DNA of 63,278 nucleotides, filler included, from Choristocarpus tenellus KU-1152 (Eukaryota; Protista; Phaeophyceae): assembly GCA_964200185.2 (NCBI GenBank). It is 11 parts of 11 records of this genome, joined end to end, with 100 filler letters (N's around TTAATTAATTAA, not from the genome) between each part and the next. Parts side by side here need not be neighbours in the genome. Positions count along the whole stretch, not along the records: positions 8,652 to 21,449 come from CAXNAD020001700.1; positions 21,550 to 29,457 come from CAXNAD020005411.1; 9 more parts are not named here. One strand, written 5' to 3'. Under the pieces are notes generated by a model. It made no database searches. It saw only the letters and a program-made list of their open reading frames with translations, and was not told where the DNA came from. Both the position numbers and the translations under genes were made by a program. Every line of letters begins with the position of its first letter. Positions within the stretch are counted from its first letter, which is position 1. Below are positions 13,856-25,605 of the stretch, one piece after another.

Positions 13856-14029
13856 GGCCAAAAGTATCTTGGGGGGGGCACTACACCAGGGTGTCCATCC
13901 GGACTGTGACCAGGAAAAGTGCAATTACATTATCCATCCAGTGCATGCAACCAAATCACACAAAAATCGTGACATGGAATAATGTGCCCCGAATAGACAG
14001 CCACCACCCCCACCCCAGATACTTTGAGC
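13856..14029 (+). mobile_element. MITE family B (~175 bp), full copy; other copies 30569-30749 (+), 62338-62416 (+, half), 63208-63278 (-, truncated), stub 58816-58833
   Basis: Terminal inverted repeats GG(C/T)CAAAGTATCT-polyG ... polyC-AGATACTTTG(A/G)(C/G)CC. Shared internal AAATCAC(A/C)CAAAAATCG(T/C)GACA in the longer copies. Confidence 0.8.
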
Positions 14030-17000
14030 CTGAATACTTGCTAAGGGCACAGCAGATCTGACTGGACACTGCCAGATGTACATTTCTTTTTCTCATCCTA
14101 ACCCTAACCCTAACCCTAACCTTCCATTGACTCCCGCACTGAGATCCTTCACCTCCCTGTCAGCACTCTTCCCATGACTGTAGTTCCTATAAATTATATC
14201 AAGGCTGGCGAACGGATCAGCTATCCACCCTGCTCCATAACATCTGTACAATTTTGGGATAGAGGTGGAGGGTGGGGTTGGGGGGGGGGGGTAATCTGTT
14301 ACAGCATGTCTCTATTGTACACTGCCATGTGTGGAACAAATATGAGAAATTGTTATCCTCGCAGAGCCAAAATCACAAGAGAGCTGATGTGGTTTCTGTT
14401 TTAACAAAAAAATGAAATTGAGATCGTCAATACAATTCAAAAAACAAATGTTATGTTTCATGCAGAAAACAAAATAAAAACAGTTGCAGGACAACAATTT
14501 TTTTGTAACTCCTGTGGGGGACGGAGACAATCGGAATCCTTGTAAAAAATACAGCCAGCTGAACCAAGCCTTCAATTCCCACAATCTTTCCATCACAGCA
14601 CTGAAGGGAGGGCAGAATATGCAATCAGTGAAAGACGTCTGTACGACTCATCTATCTGCAAGGAAGGATAGTGTTGGCATTTGTGATGTGTGCCAGTCTT
14701 ATCAAAATATTCAAATGTGAATTTAAAAAACATGTACTATTCTTAGGGCAGTAAAGTGGTTTCATTGATGTAAGACTTGGGTGAAATATAACCATCAGAG
14801 CAAAGAATGCAGGATAAGATCTTTCATAGGCCAAATGAATCAACAATTGGCCGTATCTACTTTACTTTCTATACAGGCAGATAGCATAACATTACAGAAC
14901 TTGCTTACACAAAACGAGACCATAGTGATCAGGTGGTATGGGCAACCTCCCTCAAAATGTGTTTTATAAATAAATAGCATCTAAATTACTATACACACTA
15001 CATTAAGAAATCAAAAGCCAGCTGCTATGTTGTACCAGTAGAAACACTTTCGTGTCACCCCTGCCCTATCCACCCCCCTGCCTCCAATTGCCCCCTTCTA
15101 CACCTATTGGATGCAAACACCAGTCTACATAGGCAAGAAAGTAACATTAGTTCAACACACACTAAGTGAAACAGTCTGTACACCATTTTCCAGAATGCCA
15201 AGCAAACCTCTGCATTCCTTTCTGGAAGTTGGGGGCTAGGATGGCATCAACATATGGGGAGCAAGCCTGTACTCCTCCCTTCTGGCAGAATGGCTTGGTG
15301 TGCACCGCAAATGAATGGGTTACCAGGTGGGGATGTGTCTTAATCCCACCAAACATGCCCTGTCACAATGGGGAGCATACAGTCAATGGTTATTACAAAG
15401 CTCAATAGAGATCCAAAGTATGTATTATGTATGTGTCTCTAAATTGATCGATACCATCCAATACCATCCATCCGTAACAGTCTGTAAGATCGACATGATC
15501 AACATTTCAATTTGACAATCCCCGTATCTGACAGCAACCTTCAAAACAAAGCACTATTATGAGTTTGCCACTGTGACACTGTTCATGAAGAGCTGTCCAA
15601 TCTCATTTATTGGAGACAGTATTTTTAATAGTGACACAGTAGCAACAGGCTTGTCAAGAACAAAAAACATTCCCATGCACATGTGCAGTCTGCATATATA
15701 AACAGACAACCCATGTAGGCACTCTAAACATTGGAAAGTTATTTTTGACAGGAACTTGGTGTGGACAGTGTATGGACATGATAATCTCGTCCTTGGCACA
15801 TAACCAACTAAGTCGTCCTTAGCACATTTTTGCCTGGGGAACCAGGCAATCTGCACCCTGTGCATCAATTTATCTCAAGAAAGATCTTCAAACTGTATGC
15901 GTATCAACTTACAATTGGCAGAATTTTGAACTGCAGACCATTCAGACCTACCCATTTGCTCAGAATGGTGTAAATTCAACGATCCACGACCTACAGTGTG
16001 AGGCTTGAATGACACAAATTCTATAGTATCAACCATCAACACAAAGCAGATGTCTTCAGCGACCACTGCTATTGCTGCAAAGGTCCACATCACACATCAC
16101 ACTCCATTCTTCCAGGGGAGTGTGAAATATGTCTGCGGCAGGACAACTGTGTTTCACAGGTTGCGTGATTCGCCACTACTTGACAAGAAGTACTTGACAA
16201 GAAGTTTTCCCCCAGAGAAAAAAAAAGTCTTTTTTTGCCAATACCTTAATAACCAATAAAAAAAAATGAAGGCTAGAAAATATTACAACAAATCACAACC
16301 ATGTTGCTGGCAAGGCATTGAACTCAAAATTCAGCATAGTAAACAAGACAACTGTTTGGGTACTTGATTTTTGACTGTTCATTAGACGCTACAAATTAAC
16401 CAAGGTTGACCCAATTCTTCGGGGAAGAGACAATCCAGAATGTGTGTGTGTGTGCATTTGTGTGTGTGAACCTGACAACATTCACCCTTACCCTAACCCT
16501 AACCCTAACACAAACTAACCTGGAAGGCGAGGCCAGTGTCATTCCCCTTAGTGAACTGCCTTGTAGGCAAGCGGCTGTAAGCCACAGGTGGGGACAGGTG
16601 TGGTACCCGCTTGATGTTGAGTGATCGGATAGCCTTATCCACACACCTGAAATACTTGCACACAACACAGACAGTGACCCTCAAAAAAAGCGAGTGCAGA
16701 ATGCTCACATGTAGACAAAGACATACACAAAATGTGTGAGATTTTTTGTGTGTATATGTATTCCAAAAAAGTAGTCTTAGCCTGCCTGCAAACTGATTCA
16801 TCCCAACCCTTCAAGTTCCAAGTTCTAGTATTTATCATGGCAATTCAATGGAAGAGCTATGATGCAAAAGGCAAAGAACAGGTTCTTCTCCTTGAGAGAA
16901 CTTATACATTGCTTTTCTAGCTTTTTTTTTTTTTTTTACCCACCAAGAAAAAGAATTTTGTGTTTCCTTTTTCTCGCATACATCCAGACAGTCTGTCAGG

Positions 17001-17349
17001 GATGGGTTCGCATGGTCAACCTGAAGATGCCTCCACCTGGTTCATGTAAAAGTTCGAGGGCGGAGGTGGGGTGAAGGAGGGGTGTTGAGAATGGAACACC
17101 AGAGTAGCTCTTTTCAAAAATGCACTCAGCTGTAGAAAAAAAATGATTTACATACGTCTCTTCTGGTTGGCATGATCAGGGGTATATTGCGGCAGAGATC
17201 TATTATCCAAGTGACTTCTTGTATCGGGCTAAAGAGTCCTGGAGGAGGGATGTGATAACATGCATGTGACTGCTGATTAGGAGAAAGAACGATACATCTG
17301 GGTGAGCACAAGAGGGAAGATGTAGACTTAGGACCATGGTCGGTTTACA

Positions 17350-18983
17350 TCAATTGAACTCTGACCTAAGTTGCATTCGCAGAATGGCAGCATATAGGCG
17401 ACTCTGGTCATCATAGAGAGCGTAAGGACAAGTATCCTTTAGCTCGAACCAGTCATCCACCTGCCAAGATCATCCCAGTTCATGGGGTTCGTTTGTTAGT
17501 TGACAGTTGCAGTGGGACACACAACAAGAGATTGCATGCAAGAAATGATAATGATACAGGATCTGAAGTACAGATCAGCTGGTCCAAGGGAGGTCTCTGC
17601 TTACAAAACAGCCAGGAATCAATAAAAACACCCACCATGGCCCTGGTCTCTGGACTGTTACGGAGAAGGAGTGCATAAGCACTGAAGAAGTAGACACTAT
17701 TCTGATCTTGTGGCACCAGGACATGGATGTCCCCATCCTGTCATAATGTGCAAGTCGTGGGTATGTGGAGAGCTTGCAGATTCAGGCACCAGCAAATCAG
17801 TTTAGTGGGGATGAGCGTGGCCTTTGGGATTGAGGATTAAGTAGGGGGACTAGAAGATGGTAGAATATATGCACACTATAGATAATTCAGAATGTGCAGA
17901 TGAGCTGCTGGACATACCTGACCCCCGATCTCCTCGATAAAGGTCTCAATCCTTCGCCCAATGTCTACCACAAGGGTATCCATATCCAGCCATAGGACCC
18001 AGTCATACTCTGGAAGCCATTTTCGAATCAAATATGGCTTGTTGAAATGAATATTGGTACCGCCTTTTTCACCTGTCTCTCCATTTACATAGAAGCCCAA
18101 GTCATTAACGTGGTTCCTATGATGGAAGGGATATAGGGGAGGAAGAATCAAAGCAAACAATGAAATGGTTGGCCTCATAACGTGGGACAAGCACCTGACT
18201 GGTTCGAAAAGATCCTCTTTAGCCGGATTATAATATCCAACTCTCCTCTATGAACCCCATACTCTCCAGGGGAAAGATTAAAAAACTTCAAAGCGGCAAG
18301 ACCAATGTCATTGCATTTTTGGGAACAGCAGAAGACAAGTAGGTCCGCCTACACCAAAGCTAAAACCTTTGTCCAATAAAGACAACCGCATTTCAACTAG
18401 TGGAGTACTAACCGACTCAACACCTAGTCGGAAAAAACGAAGCAACGTAATTGTACGCCAGTTCGTACCTTGAATCCAAGATGAGGTCATAGCCATGAGT
18501 CCGTGCGTAACAATCCTTGTTAGCAAAATATTCCTTGAATCTGCTCCAATAGTCGGTGTTTTCCCAGTTGTACGGATATGCAACGGAGTTGCTAATTATG
18601 GCAATTCGGGGCGAAGCATTAGATACCCTCGACCTCCCACTGCCTAACGATCCGATATCATCTCTGTGGTGATCTGATGGTACACTACCCCAATCACCAC
18701 TGTTCATCTTGTTAGTGGTATTAAGGGTAAAATACATCACTGTATGAGAGAGTGCTACAAGCCCAGCCAATACCAGCACTATCTTCCACACCAACTTGAC
18801 GCAGTCATTGTTATAGCCACTTCGTCCAGTCTCCTCCCATGTGGCTCCTTCGGGTTCCCCATTCTCACTGGTATCTTCATTGCATAGAGAAGAGGCATCT
18901 TTATATCGGCGAGCGCCGGACACCCGGTGCGATAGTCCGTTTTCGACATGCCCACTGTGTGGACGACGAGAGATAACGCTCAT
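17350..18983 (-). CDS. Glycosyltransferase family 34-like (GMA12/MNN10 galactosyl/xylosyl/mannosyltransferase), type II membrane protein
   Basis: Phase-compatible exons 18983-18469, 18116-17918, 17737-17636, 17460-17366 with GT-AG sites. N-terminal TM (IVLVLAGLVAL), then NKDCYARTHGYDL, FNKPYLIRKWLPEYDWVLWLDMD (DxD), ALLLRNS, VDDW and YDDQSRL, the GT34 motif series. 3' end uncertain: read-through stop at 17350, or more exons towards ~17000. Confidence 0.88.
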
Positions 18984-19490
18984 ATCACCCCCACAAGAAC
19001 GATGCTAAATAGGTAGAGACTGAAGATCACTCTAGTTGATAAGTCCCTCTACCATTAGAGTTGGACAACTTCTCAACTTCATCAAATTGTTTGTGGAAAG
19101 AAAGGGGATGGATATATGAAGATAAGCGGTTGGAATGGATAACAAATACAAATATATTTAAACACAAAGAAATGTTGCCTCTTCTGTTCGATTTACAAAG
19201 TCAGATTGGAAACGTCCAGATATCCCAATGTTTCCACTCCCAGATTTTTATCGTTGTTGGGACTTTTGTTTAAAGGAAGGTTTGATTTTGGTACTATATA
19301 TTATTGTGCTTTTTCACATTTTGGAAATGTGAAAAGTGTTCAAACAATATCATAATATATTCTTAATATATTATTATGTAGATAATAATATCTTTTGGAA
19401 TAACACATTATTACACCATCAGATCGTTCCATTTTATTAGGGATTCCAAATTTGATTAATTTGATAAGCCCATTGGGAAACAAATAGCAA

Positions 19491-19936
19491 GTTTTCTCGA
19501 TGATTTGACTAATATAATATGATTTGACTACACATAAGGTTAGGGTTAGGGTTAGAACCCTAACCTAAGGAGAGGGATGGGAGGCTACAGGAGGAAAGGA
19601 GATGTCCAATCCGTTTGCGACAGATAGTGTCTGTTACAACACAGTGGCTCTATCGAGACGCTTCATGCGTTTTAAGTTGGAGACATCAAGGAGATGGGCA
19701 AGGAGGGTCCTGTCAGATTCTTGGGATACTTCTCTACCTCCTTGCCCTGTGGTGTAGGGCTAAGCTAGGTTGGAGGCATAGGAGGAGGGTGATGCAACAT
19801 AGCTGGTAGTCAAATAGTAAATAGATTATAGAAAAATACATTTCACATTTACGACAACTGTTACTTTTACATGGATTCTTGTGATAATGCATCGACTTTT
19901 GCCCCACAGCTGCAAAATGTCGAAGGGCATAATAAT
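19491..19936 (+). mobile_element. 3' fragment of CRE-like non-LTR retrotransposon (family A)
   Basis: Encodes decayed FLDDLT..H / RLRQIVSVTTQ C-terminus plus a 3' UTR ending GGGCATAATAAT before (TA)n. Homologous to 20560-20835, 36525-36815 and 49760-49980. Confidence 0.8.
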
Positions 19937-19999
19937 ATATATATATGAGTGATTAGTCATTTGTTCTGGCTCGATTGGGTCAGTGGTCTTCCCTTTACC

Positions 20000-20385
20000 T
20001 TTGTCGTTCTTGCCTCTTTTTTTCTTGTCTCTCGTTACTTCCTTGATAGATCCAACCCTTACACTGTCGACCTGAGTGCCACCTTCATGAGGCAGGGTCC
20101 AATCAGTCGTGGGGGGTGCTCAGAATCACCAGTTGTGTCACCTTAGGGGGCAAGCAAACCCAAAGTTCTCTCAGCCATCAAATCTCAGGAGAAGTTCGAA
20201 TGGAATCTCGGATACAAAGGGTGACGTCACATCCTTGTGACCGTCAACGGCAAGCGGTCTGAGAATTCTTCAGACTTCTCTGTGTTTGACGTTGATGGGA
20301 ACATCACCAATGACAAAGAAATGTGCGCACGGATGTGGATTGGACTGAGATCACGTCCCAACAGGACCTGTCCGTCACATATATA
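20000..20385 (+). ncRNA. Candidate structured ncRNA with H/ACA-scaRNA-like 3' domain (class uncertain)
   Basis: By-eye helices: 20072-20090/20107-20123, 20137-20144/20217-20225, 20241-20256/20283-20298, 20329-20335/20369-20375, 20340-20345/20355-20361, long-range 20000-20009/20309-20318. G-U pairs indicate the + strand. ANANNA at 20301-20306, loop UGAG at 20346-20349, ACA at 20377-20379. Confidence 0.4.
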
Positions 20386-20559
20386 TTTGTTAGAGTTTAC
20401 AGGGGTCCTTATAATATATATTATTATGTCCTGTTACATTTAGCATGCGAAAAGTTAGAGATACAACAGAAATACAAGGGAAAGGGTTTGTTGGGGTTCT
20501 ACTTTTTCGCCCCTTATAACACCCAACTTCAGTTAGATGGACATGAGTGCATATATTTC

Positions 20560-21420
20560 TTCATATGGAAGAATACTTTTAAAAGGGGAAATCTGGACGA
20601 TTGACTACACACGCAGTAGGGGGGGGGGAGGGGCGGGAAGTTATAGGACAAATAGGCTGTCAAATCTCGCTTACGACAGGTGGCTCTCTAGAAAAGTGTC
20701 ATGCATTTCAAGCTGGAGACATCAGGAAGATGGGCAAGGAGAGACCTCTCAGATTCTTGGGATGCTTCCCTAGCTCCTCGCCCAGTTGTGCAGGACTAAG
20801 CTAGGCTAGAGGCATAGCAGCAGTGTTACAACACGTTCCAGAAGCTTACCTCCACAAGATGTATAGCTCCAATTCTCAGGCCTATAGATGATACTGATGC
20901 TCGTATAAGCCTCCCATGATACTCCAACAGTGAAGGGGACCAATACAGGTTAATGGACACCAGGTCAGCAGAAAAGGGGGTACTTTTCTCAATCACGTCA
21001 GTGTATAGTGCATTGGATGTATTAAGAAAAGTGGCAAAGAGGGGCATTATTATGTAACACTCTTTTATTTCTTTCATTGTCATCTGCGTTTAATTTGTTT
21101 TGTTTTACAGAAGTTAGATGGAATACATGTGAAGTTAGCAAATCGGAGTTCCTCTTTGTAAGGTTCCCCGCGCGTCTATACTGCTCGCGTTTGTTACCAT
21201 GTGGAAAGAAATACTCGCGCTATTCGCCTGTAACAGTAGTGCACACACAACATCGAAATTTCAAAGCTTTAAGGATGTGCTTTTAGCATAGCTGATATTC
21301 AAATAGAAAAAATATATTGAAGAGATATTTTTCCCATTTAGGACAACGGTTACTACTGTTACAGGGGTCCTTGTGATGTTGGTTTTTCTTTTCTCTGACA
21401 CATCTGGAAAACCAATGGAA
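20560..21420 (+). mobile_element. Family A CRE-like 3' fragment split by a ~450-bp unrelated insert (pieces ~20560-20835 and ~21290-21420)
   Basis: First piece aligns with 19520-19800 (GGAGACATCAGGAAGATGGGCAAGGAG...GATTCTTGGGAT...CTAAGCTAGG). Second piece aligns with the 3' UTR (AAATAG...TTACAGGGG...TGACACATCTG). Confidence 0.7.
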
Positions 21421-23811
21421 ACTATATACATATGTGTATATAAAATGTCNNNNNNNNNNNNNNNNNNNNNNNNNNNNNNNNNNNNNNNNNNNNTTAATTA
21501 ATTAANNNNNNNNNNNNNNNNNNNNNNNNNNNNNNNNNNNNNNNNNNNNTGAAGCCAGAAATCTAGCATTGTATTCTCCTGTCTGTTTGCACCTTCATCA
21601 AGTCCTGGCCTGTCGAGTCCACGGATGCTGCATCCCCCCCTCTCTGCATAAGGGGGCTCGCAAAAGAATGCCTGGCCTTCCCTTGTACTTGGCCTGTCAC
21701 CCTTGTAGTCGCACCCTGAATCCATACCACTGTTAATCTTAGGTGTCAAACTTCCGGCATCACACATGCGCAGGTATCTGTGTAGAGGAGGTCACCCAAT
21801 GCCAAAGATGGGATCAGTGAGTTCTGAGAAACGCTACTTAATATGCACCTCAACAGGAACACCAGATGTCTATCCATGTTGACCCTCCTCTGACTTCTTC
21901 CTGTTGCTACTAATGGACCCGTTGAGCACTCACCCATAACTGGACCCAACAACAAAACGGGTAGGTGATTGCTTAAGCCAGCAGAGACCCAGTATGGAGT
22001 CATTATAGTCCCGAGACAGTCCAGTGGGTATTGATGAACATACAGCATTCTTGCCCACATCTGCCACCACTACCTCCCCTGCTCTCATGAAACGGGTGAC
22101 CACAAGGAGATGTGGTCAGTAGGGCGCAATGATCAATAAACTGGAAACTAGAGTACAAGTGCGGTAACGCGAACCCAAGTGTCTCAATCCAATAACTGCA
22201 ACTTTACTTGATATTGAGGGTACACAAATATATGTACGATAATCGGATGGGCCACTTGGTAATGCTCAAGTCGCCGCCTCTATTCCCAAAATGGACCTGA
22301 CCACATCCAATCATTTCTTACCCTTGAGCGTGCCAAACAAGACAATATCCGATTGTAGTGGATTGTACTCGAACTGTCTTGGACGATACTTTCCAGCGCA
22401 GACAACAGTAGTCTTCCATGGCTGCATGATGCTGCAGAATACAGGATGAAGGTATGATCCAAGGTAAAATGTCATCATCGCAATTGCTGGGCTGGACTGT
22501 GGAATGGTCAACAGGATTATTCTGGCACCCAAATCAACGGATGGAACATTCAAGCTGCTATGACATCACCAAATACATGTAGTATTGCATTCAGCACCCG
22601 CCTGTCCTCCAAGGGCAATCTTGAACTAACATCATGTAGTGCCCATGTCCTTGGGACATGGAGTTCGCACAGCAAAGTCATGATCGAAAGCATCTACACT
22701 ACGTTCTGCCGTGAAGATCATTTATAACAACCTAGATATGCTCACACAACTCCACAGTCATAGATAGAACTTGCAGGAAATCAGCCGCATTAATGACTTC
22801 GGCACACTCCTGCAATTTCTCTGTAAATGCCATACATTGCACAGGCTCCTAACGGCTGTTAAAGTCGTTCCATACGATTCCAGCATCAGCTTTCTGATTC
22901 ACCAGCATTATCTACAGTGTGAGTTGCTGCATATTTTGGGGGATTTGTAGGCCACTGACTCTACCTTTTGGGCCATAAGAACACATCACCAAATCTACTT
23001 CGACGTCTATTATGGAGTGATGTTCTATTGGATCGTCAAATTTCTGGACGAAAGTTACATCGCCGTTTCGGCGCGAGGACCCAGAACCAACTGATCTCCC
23101 CCCGTCGGCTGTGTGCCTTTATTCATGCTGGATTTGCAAAGACAAAATAAAGTGTCCAAAAATTGAGTCCTTACAGCTGGTCATTGGTCGTGGCGTCATT
23201 GTCTTGCACAAGGACAGTAAAGAAACCCGCTGCTGTGTACTGTACTAGTGCTCTACAGTGAACGAAATGAACAGAGTGGGAAACTAAAAGCCGATTGATG
23301 TCCACCGAAATATGCCATACCAGTAGCAGGTAAACAAAGGCTACAACTCCTAACAGAGTATCTGTAGAAGCACCAAAATGAATGCAGCATCAGACTCAAA
23401 ACTAGGGTATGACCCACCTCAAAATAGTCGAGGTTCGGCTCTCCTGAGAGATACCAATATCAAAACACACGTCCCTTAGCGGTTCTTTCCCGTGATGATC
23501 CTCATGCTGTTCCTCGATCACAGTATATTAATCGCGATAGTTGTGAGGGCTTCACATGCAACCTCTTGAATCGATTTCTGTGAGCTCGTCGGTCTGATTG
23601 GACGGGCGGATGGTCGGTTGGATTATATTGTAATATTTACGTATTAGAAATTCCATGAGGTTGTGTAGAAGCAGGAAATATATTTTTGATTGATAGTAAG
23701 TAGTATTATTTCAATGTGGAGGACGATGGTATAACTGTTGTATATTTGATACATGCATCTACTAACTATACTATTGTTGTGGTTGTACTATAATAGTAGA
23801 ATACAGTACCA

Positions 23812-23910
23812 GTAACAGCCGATTTCAAAAATTGAGGATGGAGCTTTTCATTGAGGATGGGCTTGACCCCAAATTGACTGGGATAAAGTGTCGATATGTT
23901 TTTTTTCGTT
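23812..23910 (+). mobile_element. Family D long-TIR element arm; inverted copies at 62134-62284 and ~29580-29637
   Basis: TAACAGCCGATTTCAAAAATTGAGGATGGAGCTTTTCATTGAGGATGGGCTTGACCCCAAATTGACTGGGATAAAGTGTCGATATG is near-identical in reverse complement to ~62196-62284. Confidence 0.8.
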
Positions 23911-24030
23911 AGTGTAGTAAGGTCGGTCGCTTTAACCAGACCTGTACCAATTAAAAAAGGTTTATTATTGATCAACTGACCTTATTAGTGACGAGACTTG
24001 ATTAACTTCAAAAGGTTAGTTTCATTTTTG

Positions 24031-24090
24031 TTATTATGCTCTCTGACATTTTCCAGACGTGTTAGGGGGGAAACCAATGAAAACTAAACA
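24031..24090 (-). mobile_element. Family A extreme 3'-end fragment; similar ends at 4483-4519 (-), 20421-20450 (-), 48294-48425 (-)
   Basis: TTATTATGC(C/T)CTCTGACATTT...G(A/C)(T/C)GTGT(C/T)AGG is the reverse complement of the family A terminus. Confidence 0.7.
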
Positions 24091-25605
24091 CATTTTTTCA
24101 TCATTTGAGGCTTGACACGCCCTAAAGTGAACAGTTTTTAAAAATGGATTTGGAAGGATGAAAAAAATGGTATTGTTAAAATCAAGTGTGACCCAAATGC
24201 TCTTGAGTTCATTATTCAATCACATGTGACGTCCATGCGATCCTATTTGTATAGAGAACAGAAACACAAATTACAACACCCATCAAGTCAAAGAACTGTC
24301 CAATACCTGTCTGGGTGCAAAGAGGAGACCTCAAAGCTTAAGCACTCAAGAACTCAATTTATTGGGTTGTGGAGCGAGGTGCAGACCCGATATTCCAATT
24401 CAAGAAAAAAGGTGTCGCTTCAATCCCCTTCGCCCCCAGTTCATGAAAATACGGTGGTGTCACTACAATAATTGGGGGTGGAGGAAGACTCACCCTTCCA
24501 CCACCATCACCATCACCATTCTGCCTATCTATCACTATGATCTCCAGACAATTCACCCCCCTCCTCATCAACCTCACTTGTAGTGGTTGTAACACAAACT
24601 ACCTCCACTACTACCTCATCCTTGATATCCTTTGTTAAGACCTCAACTACATCTCCTTCTCTTCTAGTTGTAGACATTCCTGAGACCCAGTGATGCTGTT
24701 GTTGGTCGGGAGGTCACACCAGCTTTCATCTCAAAATCTTCCAACGCATTTCCCATGTCAATATCACAATCTCTCTCTTCTTCTCCTTGTCGGACACCAA
24801 TAATCAGTTTCTGTCTGAAAACAATTTCTCACATGCTATTCCTCATCATCAGTCTTCCAAAGTCTGGATATGTACATCAGGCGGTATTTTTAGAAGCTCT
24901 ACTTTGCCTAAGACAAATGAAAGTATGACATTTTGAGTCACCAGCAGACCAGGTCTCCTGACCTCCTCCACAAAGACTATGACTATCCTATCTACCTCAT
25001 CCAGCAAAAAAATAAAGCACAGATCCAGTCAACGATTTAGATCTGGAAATAGGATATAGTCGCAGTTGGCAAGCAGGTGGACGGCACAAACTACTGGTGT
25101 GATGAAGACAGGACCACAATACACACACACTAGCAGTTACAAACCTTTACCTATCAGTGTCGTGGTTTGCTACCTACAAATCAAATCCAAAAAAGGGAAC
25201 AAAAACCAACAAGAAACCTGTTCGTTTCACAACCAACAACAACCATGAATCTTCAAAAAAATAAAGTAGGGTTGGTTCAATTCGCGAGCAGTCGCGCGAG
25301 CAACTCAGTAAATACCAAAAGTGGATAGATTGAGGAGCTGGTATTCAACGTCGAAGACGAGTTGATTCCTCGTCAACGCACCAGCTACGGGGGAGCCAGA
25401 CACCAAGGTACTAGTCTAACCTTGGACAGGAAAATCAAGCTATATAACGTAGATCACTCTGGACATTTTGTGGGCTGCGGCAAGCCACCATAGCACTGAA
25501 GGGTTAACCAGGTCTGACCATTACAAACTTGAACCCTTCCCTGTGATTCGCAGGAATCAGGAGGAGTGAAGAGTCTATTTTACAGCCAAAAATTGAGAAT
25601 CAACA

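Noticed and set aside
20000-20385. RNase P/MRP, group I intron, lariat-capping ribozyme, SRP, U3 or spliceosomal snRNA identity for the structured segment
   Set aside because: Partial topological resemblance only; the required consensus motifs (CR-I/CR-V pair, P7/P8/P9 order, SRP helix 8, snRNA signatures) are not all present.
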